Part shown: piece by piece, positions 53,042 through 63,899 of the stretch | Layout: each line of letters opens with the position of its first letter | Numbering within the stretch: the first letter of the stretch is position 1 | Assembly: GCA_011109175.1 (NCBI GenBank) | Contig: RDEW01000004.1 | Span: forward strand, 1,415,067 to 1,479,066 | Source: Dicyema japonicum | Lineage: Eukaryota > Animalia > Dicyemida | Direction: 5' to 3' | DNA length: 64,000 bases | Made by a program: the position numbers and the translations under genes | The notes under the pieces: generated by a model | What the model was told of the DNA's origin: nothing | What the model saw: only the letters and a program-made list of their open reading frames with translations | Databases searched by the model: none

Positions 53042-53488
53042 ATGTTTTTGACTCGACTTTGTCTCAGAAAAAATTCATTGATGTATATCTTAATTTAAAT
53101 TCTTGAAGGCGTATTATTCACAATACAAGATGTTTTCAAAGTGAAGACGGTGGGAGATCTGCATTTGATTTTTTTGCAAGAGAATTATTTTCTGGGGATT
53201 ATTTGAGAGTTTTATTTTCAATTTAAAATTTTCAGTTATCAAATAATCTTTTTGTCTCGTGAGAGACCATGAAGGCAAACGGTACATTAATATTAGAAGA
53301 TATGCTATAGTAGATAACGATATTCGTCCGACTAATAGGGGTATTTGATTATATTAAAGTTTTTTATTGTAGGAGTTTACATTAGTTGTGATAATTGGAA
53401 AAGGTTGAAGTCATTCATGGAAAAGATTGGTGATGACTTTGATCTACCGGAGTCAAACTCGGAAAGCGACGAAACAACCGAAAATTAA
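53042..53488 (+). CDS. PC4-fold protein copy 2; a 1-nt deletion near 53260 creates TGA (pseudogene or assembly error)
   Basis: Same four-exon structure and splice sites as copy 1; TCG-T-GAGAGAC here versus TCG-TTC-AGAGAT in copy 1. Confidence 0.7.
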
Positions 53489-54356
53489 ACCCTTAGTTGT
53501 GGATGTTTGGTTTATTTAAACTTTCTTTCTTTAAAATTACTGCTATGCTTTTTGAGTAAGGTTTTTCAACAATTAGTTAATTTATGCCAGTAAGAAGCTG
53601 GCGGTCTTCTTGTGCATAGTCATATAACTCCCTGAAAGTGAGTGATGAGAGGGGCAAATAAAATTGAGATTTTAAAGGGAAGCAGCTATTAACCAGAGTG
53701 GGTGGACAAAGAATCCGAATTAGTCGCGAGCTTAAATATTCAGAGCTAATCTGAGACTGGAACAGCGTAGTTACTTTCCAATGGGAGCTTTAGATGGATT
53801 AACGGAGGAATGGAGTCAAGTATCGGATTACGGTCCAGAAAACGGATCTCATAAATATCGATATTATTTTTGATAACTTTCGATCTTTTGATGCCGTGGT
53901 TAGGAGTCTGGAGTTAGTTCCGTTGATTAAATCTCACGAAGTTTACTATAATTGATCATAGAATAGCATGGATGAGATACAGGAATCGCGGAAATCACAT
54001 CTTCAGATGATTGGAGTTAGCCAGGACTATCGATTACCAATTTAGGTGATCGACTAGAGCAGTGGTTCTCAACCTTTTTGGTCTGTGAGCAAAATCAATA
54101 ATTAACACTTGGTTCGCGGGCCGCAAAAAATTTTTAAAGAAATTAAACTTTATTAAATAAAAATAATGTGAGAATCTGTTTTCCTTCTACTAATCTTTCA
54201 AAACAAAGACTCATTTTTGATGACGACGTACGTAAGAGTCGCATAAGATGTTCATCAGTTAATTGGTTGAGAAATTTAATTTCAATCGGTGCTAGTCTGC
54301 TGAACAGAGCTTCTCAAATATAGGTTGATCCAAATACAGACGCGTAGCCATATTTG

Positions 54357-55526
54357 CGTGTCCATTCAAAATGGCCTCTTTCAAAATGGCCTCCATTCAA
54401 AATGACCTCCATTCAAAACGGCCTCCATTCAAAATGGCCTCCAATTAATTTTTTCAGGTTTTGGATAAGTTCATCAATAAACATCACGAGATTTTAGCGA
54501 AACGACATCTTTAGGTAAAAAAGTCATCTTTTTTAAATCTTATAAAAATTGATTTTAGCAAGGTCCTCGACATCTTTAGGTAAAAAAGTCATCTTTTTTA
54601 AATCTTATAAAAATTGATTTTAGCAAGGTCCTCGACATCTTTAGGTAAAAAAGTCATCTTTTTTAAATCTTATAAAAATTGATTTTAGCAAGGTCCTCGA
54701 CATCTTTAGGTAAAAAAGTCATCTTTTTTAAATCTTATAAAAATTGATTTTGCCAAGGTCCTCGACATCTTTAGGTAAAAAAGTCATCTTTTTTAAATCT
54801 TATAAAAATTGATTTTAGCAAGGTCCTCGACATCTTTAGGTAAAAAATCATCTTTTTTAAATCTTATAAAAATTGATTTTACCAAGGTCCTCGACATCTT
54901 TAGGTAAAAAATCATCTTTTTTAAATCTTATAAAAATTGATTTTACCAAGGTCCTCGACATCTTTAGGTAAAAATCATCTTTTTTAAATCTTATAAAAAT
55001 TGATTTTACCAAGGTCCTCGACATCTTTAGGTAAAAAAGTCATCTTTTTTAAATCTTATAAAAATTGATTTTAACGGGTCCTATGGGTAAGTGGAACATT
55101 TTACCAAGGTCCATATCTCAATTGGAGGCTGGCACAACGTTTTTAGAAGTACATTTGGACACTAAACAAGATTCCAAGAAATTTTGTTAAGAAATTGATA
55201 AAAGAAGAAAGCATAATGATAAAATTCTTAAGATTACGAAATGGAGAAAAAATTCTTAGAAAAACTAAATTTATCGCTTTATCTGAGAATACATTGAGAT
55301 TTGTTTAAGAACAAATGTTACTTAACTTGGATCCGATAGAATATATATTCAATTTAGTTGAATATTTGAAAATAAATCTTTCATTTTAAATTTAAATAAA
55401 AATATTTAAAAAAAATAAATGTTTACCTAAAGATGTCGAGGACCTTGGTAAAATATCTCGTGATGTCTATTGATGAACGTATCCAAAACCTGAGAAATTT
55501 TATTGGAGGCCATTTTGAATGGGAAC
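54357..55526 (+). mobile_element. MULE-like non-autonomous element with long TIRs and an internal tandem array
   Basis: 9-bp TSD CCATATTTG (54348-54356 and 55527-55535); roughly 100-bp inverted termini; transposase C-terminal remnant GWHNVFRSTFGH near 55130. Confidence 0.8.
54503..55073 (+). repeat. Tandem array of 9 units of 63-65 bp
   Basis: Units start at 54503, 54568, 54633, 54698, 54763, 54828, 54892, 54956 and 55019 (CGACATCTTTAGGTAAAAAAGTCATC..AAGGTCCT). Confidence 0.95.
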
Positions 55527-55869
55527 CCATATTTGGGTATTTTAAAATTGAACATGGACTGTTCGAACAAATAATTTGTTGCTTGAGATTTGATTTCGTT
55601 GATAGAAATTTGATTTTTCTTGATTCACCTAGAAAAGAATCATATTCTAAAGAATGATTCTTATAATGCCTCTCGACATTATATGACTTAAGACATCGTA
55701 TAATAAAATGACAAATCAGGCAATGAATGTTGCCCTTGTCTTCAAAAACGAAGAATTTTTCCTCCTATCGGGGTTAAATGTACGAATTTTCTTGAATAAT
55801 CTTTCTACTACTTTTAACACGTTTTTCCGACATCTCAATGAATATTAATGATTTTAATTAATTAAAATT

Positions 55870-56545
55870 TAAGCGGGCCTCGGGACCTTTTTGGACGACG
55901 ATTCTTTGAGGATTGGAATCGGACAAAGGCTGGGACTAGACGTTTGCCAGGAGCACCGATGCCGATGCGGGAAAACAGTCGATGTGAAAGGATTGCACCC
56001 GCTGTCCTGCAGAAGAAGCGCCGGAAGGGGACCACGTCATGCTGCTCTGAATGATGTGATCGTCAGAGCTCTGAAGGCTTCAGCTTCCCAGCACAGCTTG
56101 AACCAGTGGGTCTTGATCGAGGAGATGGGAAGAGACCTGACGGGATGACCCTTTTCCCTTCACGTCTGGAAGATCTTTGGTCTGGACGCAACTTGCACGG
56201 ACACGTTCTCAAGCACGAACATTTTTAAATCTGTTCAGACACCTGGAGCAGCTGCTTCGACCGCGGAAAACCTAAAAATCAAGAAATATTCTTGCCTCGG
56301 GGATCGCTACCGATTTACTCCTGTTGCGACCGAATCATCGGGAGCCGTTGGTCCAATGACGGCTGAATTCTTGCAAGAACTCGGAGGATTGCTTGGCAGA
56401 AAGAAAAGGGATCAACGAGAAGGGCTATGGCTAAGACAAAAGATTGGAATAGCCATACTCCGAGGGAACTCGTTCGCAATCCACTCAGCAGGCTTCTCAA
56501 CTGACATTTGTTTAATTGTTAAAAAATTTTATATCTTAAAAAAAA
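55870..56545 (+). mobile_element. CRE-like LINE 3' fragment
   Basis: LRIGIGQRLGLDVCQEHRCRCG..HAALNDVI..RPDGMT..ATESSG..IAILRGNS, with an A-rich tail. Confidence 0.85.
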
Positions 56546-56577
56546 ATTAAAATTTAATGAAAAAAATATTTAATATA

Positions 56578-57973
56578 GGGTTTTCCTATCACTAACGACA
56601 ATAGTCAATCACTAACTACAATAGTCAGTCAATAACGACAATAGTCAATAATATCGACACGTGGTCAATCATTAACGACAATTTGTCAATCAATACGATA
56701 CTGGAGCAGAGTAAAAACGAATTTTTTTTTATTTAATCGAATTTCCACTCTAATGACCGCATTAAACAACTAAGAAAATGGAATAAACAATTGCAAGTAA
56801 AATCTCAAATGATTCAGAAAACTCGTTATTAACCACGCTAAGAATAATCTTGGCAATACTGAGATCTCCTGAGTTTTAGGGTCTTCCACGTACTGTATGT
56901 ACAATTGTTTCTTCATATCTGAAGGATGGAAAGACCAATTGTTGCAAGTGTGGCGGGGATCATAGAACAATCTCGACTGCTGATCAGAAAAATTTAATAC
57001 GGCAGTGGGTTGAGAAGATGCAACAATGACCTTGGGGCGTTGAAAATAAAACTGTATGAGGAGATGGAGATATCCGTAGGTACAAGCATCATTAACCGCT
57101 GTTTAAATGAATTTCACTACACAGTAAAAACTCTCAGCATTGTTCATGAGAGAAGAAACTGTGAAAGAACCATTGAGACACGATTGAAATATGGGAAAAA
57201 TTTCCAAGAAATTTTATTTGACGTTGGGGATAGCCGAATAGTCTTTATAGACGAGGTAGGTTACAATGTCTCCCAGCGCGTTCACTTTGGGAGATCCGAA
57301 AGAAGTATTTCTACGGGTATTAACGTGCCACAGGTACGTAGTAGGAATATTTCAGTAATGGTTGCAGTGACTGCACATGGTATGGTCTATTATTCTATTG
57401 TTGAGGGTGCTGTTAATGGGGAAATCTTTAAAAATTTCTTGATTCAACATAAGGGAGTTTGTGAAAGTAAAGGAATTGTGGATCTCTACTTCATCATGGA
57501 CAATGCTAGGATTCACCATTATAATGAACTCGACGAAGTAGTCCAATCCCACAAACTCAAGATACTATATCTTCCTCCATACTCACCATTCCTTAATCCA
57601 ATTGAGAATGTGTTATAAAAATAAAAGAATTCTGTGAAGAGAGGGGCTTCTATTGATGATTTACAGCTAAGACATCTTATATCATCTTCTTTCGAATTAA
57701 TTACCCCTAAAGACTGAGGAGGATACTTCAGAAGGAAGAAAGGATACATTATGAGAGCAGTTAATGGTGAAATTATCAATGCATAAATAATTTTTTTAAC
57801 TAGTATTGTTGTAAAAATTAATTTTTCTGGCGTAATTAATTGACTATTGTCGATATTGATTAACGAAATGTCGTTGTTTATTGACTATTTTCGATAGTGA
57901 TTAACGAAATGTCGTTGTTTATTGACTATTTTCGTTAGTGATTGACGAAGTGTCGTCAGTGATAGGAAAACCT
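56578..57973 (+). mobile_element. IS630/Tc1-superfamily DNA transposon (DD34E), disrupted transposase
   Basis: TA TSDs; TIRs GGGTTTTCCTATCACT and AGTGATAGGAAAACCT with repetitive subterminal arms; IVFIDE..DNARIHH..LPPYSPFLNPIE; premature TAA at 57616. Confidence 0.92.
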
Positions 57974-57975
57974 TA

Positions 57976-58165
57976 TTTATTTTATTTTATTTATTAACCC
58001 CGGATACACCGAGAAAGAAGTTAAAGTAAACAACTAATTAAGTGTATCCAATTTCTACTTCTACAGAAACAGAGTCCATCCGGAATCAGCATAAAAGGTA
58101 AGACGTCCATTACATGCAGTTGTGGAAACCTCTCCAGTGGAGTGGGGAAGAGCAAATGAGGAAAA
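57976..58165 (-). mobile_element. Short Vingi-type retroposon 3' end
   Basis: Nearly identical to 13116-13280. Confidence 0.85.
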
Positions 58166-59039
58166 CCTTATAAAAATAATAGTTAAAATAAGTAATATTT
58201 TTATAATTTTAAACGTGGGCCGTGGTTAAGAACCACTGGATTAAAGTGTGAAATAGTCCTTATTACTCATGGTAACAGAAAGATATTGATCAAAAATAAC
58301 TTTGAAAAATTTGTGAGTCTTTTAAAAAAGGAAAATTATCATTAAGAATACCCAGAACGAGTCAAGCACAAAATTGTTTATGTTCTAAACTCTAATGTGA
58401 TGACTGATGCGGGTGACTTTGAGGATTAAGGTGTTGGACGATTGCTGATAAACCAGATGGTTAAGGTTTCTAGATGCTTCTGGAATTTCATGGCGGTTTC
58501 GGGAATGAGTTTATGCGTGAAGCAACTATCACCTCTTCAAAATACATCAAAACGAGTGTATCTCAGAATTAGCTAGAATAGGTGAGTGGACAGTACCTAA
58601 GCTACCATTAAAGACATCAATTATTTAAGAACAGACAGAGAACTAAACCCATCTGGGTAAGAAAATGATTAAATTTGCTGTTGTCCAGTTTTTTAACATT
58701 GTTCTTTTTAAATTCAGCTGTGCCCAAATGCGTTGATGAATGAATGAACCTTTCCTTCAATGACGATGAATTACATGGAAAAGGTAAGTTAGACCATCTA
58801 GTCAAGTTAGGTTGTTCGTGCTTGGCCCCAACATAGCAAAGTTTATCAGGTTGATGTGGCTGCTTGCAGGAGTGAGGATGAGTGAGTCTAGAATGACACA
58901 GTCGCTCTTCCAAAACATTAGACTAGCGATCATATGGGGTAACTCCCATCGGGTGTTTAATGCCTGCAGGCTATAATGGAAACCATTGTCCTAAAAATTG
59001 ACTTTTAACTAGTTTATTTTTGGAATTTGAAATATTTTT

Positions 59040-59530
59040 TATTAGAGTTAAGAAAAGGCGAGCTATGGATGCTGCTGGATACTCGGCCATTCTTGAACCG
59101 GTCGGGTTATGCAGAAGTGACGGGAAACGACCGGACGGGATGACCATATTTCCATTTGAGGCCGGGAAACCACTGGTTTGGGATGTGACATGTACAGACA
59201 CGTTCGCCCAGAAAAATCTTCACGAGAGTGCTACAAGGGCCTGTTTAGCATCCGTAAAGGCGGAGAAGGCCAAACTTGTTAAATACGTCGACCTTCCCGA
59301 TGATGTCAAATTTGTTCCCCTTGCTATGGAGACTTCCGGATCCTACTCTCCTCTACACTCGAGTTTTTCGGACGTCTTGGAAACCGGATCACCTCATGCA
59401 CTGGAGATCTCCGTGAACGCCGCTGGCTATTTGAGCGAATTTCGCTCGCAATTTTGAGAGGGAACAGCCACGCAGTGAGGGCGGCAACTACCTGACTTCT
59501 ATTGTTTAAAAAGTTTATATTAAAAAAAAA
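59040..59530 (+). mobile_element. CRE-like LINE 3' fragment (restriction-like endonuclease domain)
   Basis: RSDGKRPDGMTIFPFEAGKPLVWDVTCTDTFA..KYVDL..PLAMETSG. Confidence 0.88.
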
Positions 59531-59853
59531 GTTAAGAAAAGTAACGCTAACTAATCGTTGAAAAAGAGTCAGGGAATTATTCTTAACTTCTTTTTTATGT
59601 GCTCGAGTCCTTGTAGACGATCCGCATCGTTTTATAACTTTTAAAGACGATCAACAACCAATAAAGAATAGTGTGAAGTTGATGAAATTTAAATAAATTT
59701 ATTTAGGAAAAAAAGTGAGCAAATAATCATATAGAGGCAGCTCTCACTGGGTGGCTATTCCTTCTCAGGATGATGAGGGAGATTCGCTGAAATAACCAGA
59801 GTTGATGAAATAAAAATCAAGTTTGTAACTATATTATAAGAAATAAATTCCCC

Positions 59854-59925
59854 ATCCCCGTCCGGGAATCGAACCCGGGCCGTCAATGTGAGAGACTGAC
59901 ATCCTAACCACTGGACCAACGAGGA
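59854..59925 (-). tRNA. tRNA-Glu (CTC)
   Basis: Cloverleaf: acceptor TCCTCGT/ACGGGGA, anticodon arm TCAGT-CT[CTC]AC-ATTGA and T arm CCGGG-TTCGATT-CCCGG. The discriminator T and weak downstream T-run leave its function uncertain. Confidence 0.85.
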
Positions 59926-60849
59926 GTCATTTGTCATAACCTCTAACAATTAATATTCATGCATATCCTATCTGCGGAGCGTATATAAGGGTGAGCGTGT
60001 GATATCCCACGATCTTATTTATGATGAAATCAAAACTTGAAACTGATATGTTTTTATTTATTTTTTTCACATTCTATCATTTCGTCGATCATTTATGAAC
60101 TTGAGGAATTGTATTTCACTGCATACAACGAGCTTATTATCTCTTCTCTTGAAACTTCAAGATTTGTAGGGATCAAGAATCTCCTGCATAATCCCCTCAA
60201 TGACGCTTTGGATGATGATAAAGAGCGGCTATTAATGTTGATCATTAACGTAACAGCGAAATGGATGGCAAACTTACTGAAAAGATATGCGAGATCCTTG
60301 ACTAACTATCGCAGTACCAAATGAACCATCAGAGGGATCAGTAGTAGAGTCCAATCTGTGGCATGAATTTTGTCACAAGATCCAAAAAAATACCCTCTTT
60401 ACTTTCCTTTTATAATAAAGTTTGTTGATCATATGAATGGAAATAAATTTTTTTCGGTTCGATGCTGTTTCATGTTATCTTTCAAACAATGATATTAACT
60501 TCACCTAGCTACTTATTCTCAATTCAATTCCTACATTTATCTACAAGATATACCGTTTCATTAGATGTTATTACAAACATTCCGCCTCTATGGATGAAAT
60601 TTCGACTATCAAAAACATACGTTAGGTACATATCAACTTCAACTTTCCAACTGAAAAAAAGAAATACTCAAAAAGTTGAGAAATAGAAGTCTCACCTGGT
60701 TATTATATAAAAATATTTTTGAGAACTTTGTCTCTGATGAAAAATCTTGTCATACATACCAACACGTATCTTCGAGGTGTTACTAATTTTTCTTATTTAT
60801 GTGAATTCTTTTTTGTCTCTGTTTACAGTAAGAAACGATTTCCCAAGTA

Positions 60850-61290
60850 TATCCGGAGCATTTTTCTAATAGATGTTCCAAGATCGTTCTGTTTTCGAAG
60901 ATGTCGTCTTCTCTTCTATTCTTTCTTGATATAGCGGTCTGATTTCCCTCATAGCTGCTTCCAAATATATCGTGAACATTAGAAGGGAGAAAGAATCGCC
61001 TTTAGAGGTGGCTGTATTTGTGTTAAATATTCTTGAGTAAGTATTTCCTACTTTTACAAAGTACTCAGTATTAAAGAGTATAATTATGATCATTCTTGTG
61101 CATGAATCATCGAGAAATTGTTCCAATCCTTCCATTAGTTTATGCCTATTTACCACGGTCAAAGGCTCTAATAATTCTATCCCCATAATGTTAGTGGCAT
61201 TATTGTATCTTTGATACGTTGCACACCTCCATCTGTGGCTTCAAACCGTATCTGCTGTTGATCTCCCATTTCAAAATCCACTATGGCTTT
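60850..61290 (-). mobile_element. RTE LINE RT fragment (same family as 1-1236)
   Basis: KGDSFSLLMFTIYLEAAMREIRPLYQ. Confidence 0.8.
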
Positions 61291-61469
61291 CTAGTAAATA
61301 TCTGTAAGCGTGTCCTTTTATTCATTTCAGCATTAATTTTATTAAATCAAAGCAGATGAGATAATTTTTATATGTTATATTTCATTTGAGGTTAATTTTA
61401 AATATGCATTGTAATAATTTCCGTTCAACAACTATTTTAACTTAAATTTTCTAAATGAACCCGGACGCA

Positions 61470-62047
61470 CCCGCTAACAAAGCGATGGAAGATTACTTTG
61501 ACAGTTGCGAAAACCCTTCCGCGGACGACCTAGATCGACACTTCCGACAGCCCTAAACAAAGACTTAAATCGTGTGAGGAAAAATCTAAAGACGGGAGAC
61601 GATCTGGACGAATTGAGGTCACTCGCATTCGATAGAGAAAGATGGAAAAGACTAACTATAAATATTGTGTCTTTGAGTGTTACACATGCGAAGCTATAAT
61701 CATTATGGCTTTCGTGAAAGTGCCTTAATAATCATAAATCAATCTTAGATAAAAAAACCACTTTATTTGATTGTTAACTTTAGCTTCATTTACTCATGAA
61801 ATAATCGTAAAATTTGATTTGAATAAAATATATTATATTTCTTTTATATTATTTTTAAGGAGCAGTATAATAAAGTAGAGAGTTGAAAACAATGGATGAC
61901 CTCGATGAACTAAGAGATCTTGCGAAACGGAGAGGCCTTTGGATGCGATTGGTGCAAAGGGTGGCCGGCGCGGCACAAGGGAACCTTAATTGACTTTTGT
62001 TTTTTTATGTGTTCTCGGCAGTGCTGATAATAATAATAATAAGTATA
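61470..62047 (+). mobile_element. Two RTE LINE 3' ends (61470-61735 and 61860-62047)
   Basis: GRPRSTLPTALNKDL..DDLDELRSLAFDRERW and DDLDELRDLAKRRGLW, each followed by a GTGC(T) stem and a TAA-rich tail. Confidence 0.75.
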
Positions 62048-62689
62048 ATAAAGTGTTTTACCAGTTAATTTTAGAATGTGACAGACCGCACCTAGTTTTT
62101 TCCAGTAAATATAACAAATATTTTAGCTGTTTCATGTTGACTAGACATAAAAAAATATTTTATATTAATATTCTTGCAATTTACCTCAAGACTGATATTT
62201 TTTCCAAGTCTTTTAGCGCAGTCAGGGCAGCCACTGTATGAACTTTTTGTATATTTTTAATAACAAATTGACAGTCCTTTCATTGTACATTTTCTTTGGT
62301 GTTGAATTTTGAAATTAAACTTGCAAATGAAATTCAAATCATCAAATATTTGTTAAATTCTTCATTTAGTTCAAGTAGGTTAGAAAAACTGAAAATAACG
62401 AAATATAGATAAATACTCGGCCATTGAAGACCGATTCAAACCTGTGGCTATAGATAGGTCGGGAGCCGTAGGACCCCTCACTGCGACCTTTCTGAAAAGA
62501 ATAGAGGGAAACTAGCAAGCCAAAAAAAAACCCCGAGAAAAAAGAATCCCGGCCTATTAGCAATGAATTTATTTAAAATAATAAAAAACAATTATTTTTA
62601 AGTCTTGACATTAAGACCGATCTTCTTCCATCAGAAAATTAACCTATAAATAAATTCGAAAAATGAACGTTCCACTATTCCATAAAAAT

Positions 62690-63240
62690 TATTTTGTATA
62701 ATAACTTGAGATCTAGGATAGTTTGGTGTTCCATGGATAGACGTTTTCTGAATTTTTCACATAAAGCTTGAATGTTGGCATTTTAAAATTCAGTCCCGTT
62801 GTCCGACTGTAAAATTTGACAAGGTCCATATAAATGGAAAAGGGACTTCAAATGCCGATTTATTTAACAACGGCCTTGCAAAAGCGAAACTAACGTGGTT
62901 ATATATAATTTTATATCCTTTGTTGACACTGAAAATTTTTCAGATCGATTAGGTCAATCTGAAAACGCTCATTTGGAGCAGACGCAAAAACATGATCGTT
63001 CTCGTTAACAGTCTAAGCAGTTATTTAAAAAAGATAACCTTAAGAGGAAGCGAAAACTTACAAACCTCACAATCATTAATAACTTTTCTTATTATGGAAC
63101 TCTTTACTACAAAATAGTTCGGACGGCAGAGAAATTCGATTTTATTGATCCCACTGTGTGTGATCAGATGTAGGGACTTGGCATGGGTTTTATCTCAGAC
63201 TCACAGTCAAGAGGAATAGTCAATTTTTCTGTGTTTCCGT
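62690..63240 (-). mobile_element. rve-type integrase remnant (Ginger/GIN/KRBA2-like)
   Basis: IRKVINDCEVC, ASAPNERFQIDLIDL and ILQSDNGTEFKNANIQALCEK..HGTPNYPRSQ. Confidence 0.8.
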
Positions 63241-63289
63241 TCAAGAAAAGTCTAAATTAAATCAGAATTAAACTTATCGTTTATAAGCG

Positions 63290-63558
63290 AGCCGGTGGCA
63301 TAGTGGTTAAGTGTCGGGCTTAAGTGGCTTAGGTTGCGGGTTCGAATCTCGCTGCTGTTCACCTGGTGGAAAGTTTCACGCATCTACGATGCAGAAAAGG
63401 TTTGACAAGTGACGCCGTCATCAGTGGATACTCACTGCGGAACTGGATTGTCTAGAAAGGACCCACACACAAGAAAAAGAAGAAAAAAAATGAAGATCAT
63501 TTCTTGGTTCTACGATTAGTTAAAATTAACTGTTCTTTACTTAAATAAAGTGTGTGTC
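63290..63558 (+). mobile_element. tRNA-derived SINE family 1, lacking the LINE-derived tail
   Basis: A box TGGCATAGTGG and B box GGTTCGAATC; it ends abruptly after AAGTGTGTGT. Confidence 0.88.
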
Positions 63559-63899
63559 CCTCCATTTTATTTGAGTACTTATATCTTTAGGATTGATTCC
63601 ACATAAGATCTGTTAAATTTTTTCATATTCGACAAGATCTCTGATATACACCCTAAATTGAGACATAAAAATAACTATGCCATGCTGTTAAAATTAAAAG
63701 AAATCAGGTTAGCCATTTAATAAATACAGTTTGAATTAATTTTTTTTAGAATTGATGAATTAGTTAAATATTGTTCTTATAATAGTTACACTTAGGACTC
63801 GTCCTCTCTCTTGTCGGTCTGGGATCACTTAGTTAGTTGAGAACCTATTATTTCTTTTCTTTGACCCAGTGATCCTAGAGGTAATAATAATAATAGTTA

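Larger units (their letters stand above)
54060..58238 (-). mobile_element. hAT (SPIN/GTF2IRD2-like) internally deleted transposon hosting four younger insertions
   Basis: TIRs CAGTGGTTCTCAACC and GGTTAAGAACCACTG; degenerate 8-bp TSD GACTAGAG/GATTAAAG. N-terminal HCLICH..YNVERHY lies at 55620-55790 and C-terminal FGSTYI..LFS..LTDEHL at 54230-54345. Confidence 0.85.
53565..58990 (-). mobile_element. Vingi-like LINE, decayed, interrupted by the hAT nest and tail-to-tail with PC4 copy 2
   Basis: 3' part at 53565-54059; RT remnants (FQKHLETLTIWFISNR) resume after 58238. Confidence 0.55.

Noticed and set aside
54503-55073. Regular array resembling a CRISPR locus
   Set aside because: The units are head-to-tail with no unique spacers, there are no cas genes, and the array lies inside a TSD-flanked MULE in eukaryotic DNA.
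59854-59925. Asp-like acceptor stem on a CTC-anticodon tRNA (possible identity switch)
   Set aside because: The D arm, variable region and T arm are typical of eukaryotic tRNA-Glu, and acceptor stems vary widely.
60037-60324. 95-aa protein-like ORF next to the tRNA
   Set aside because: It has a non-ATG start, no recognisable motif and no supporting exon structure.
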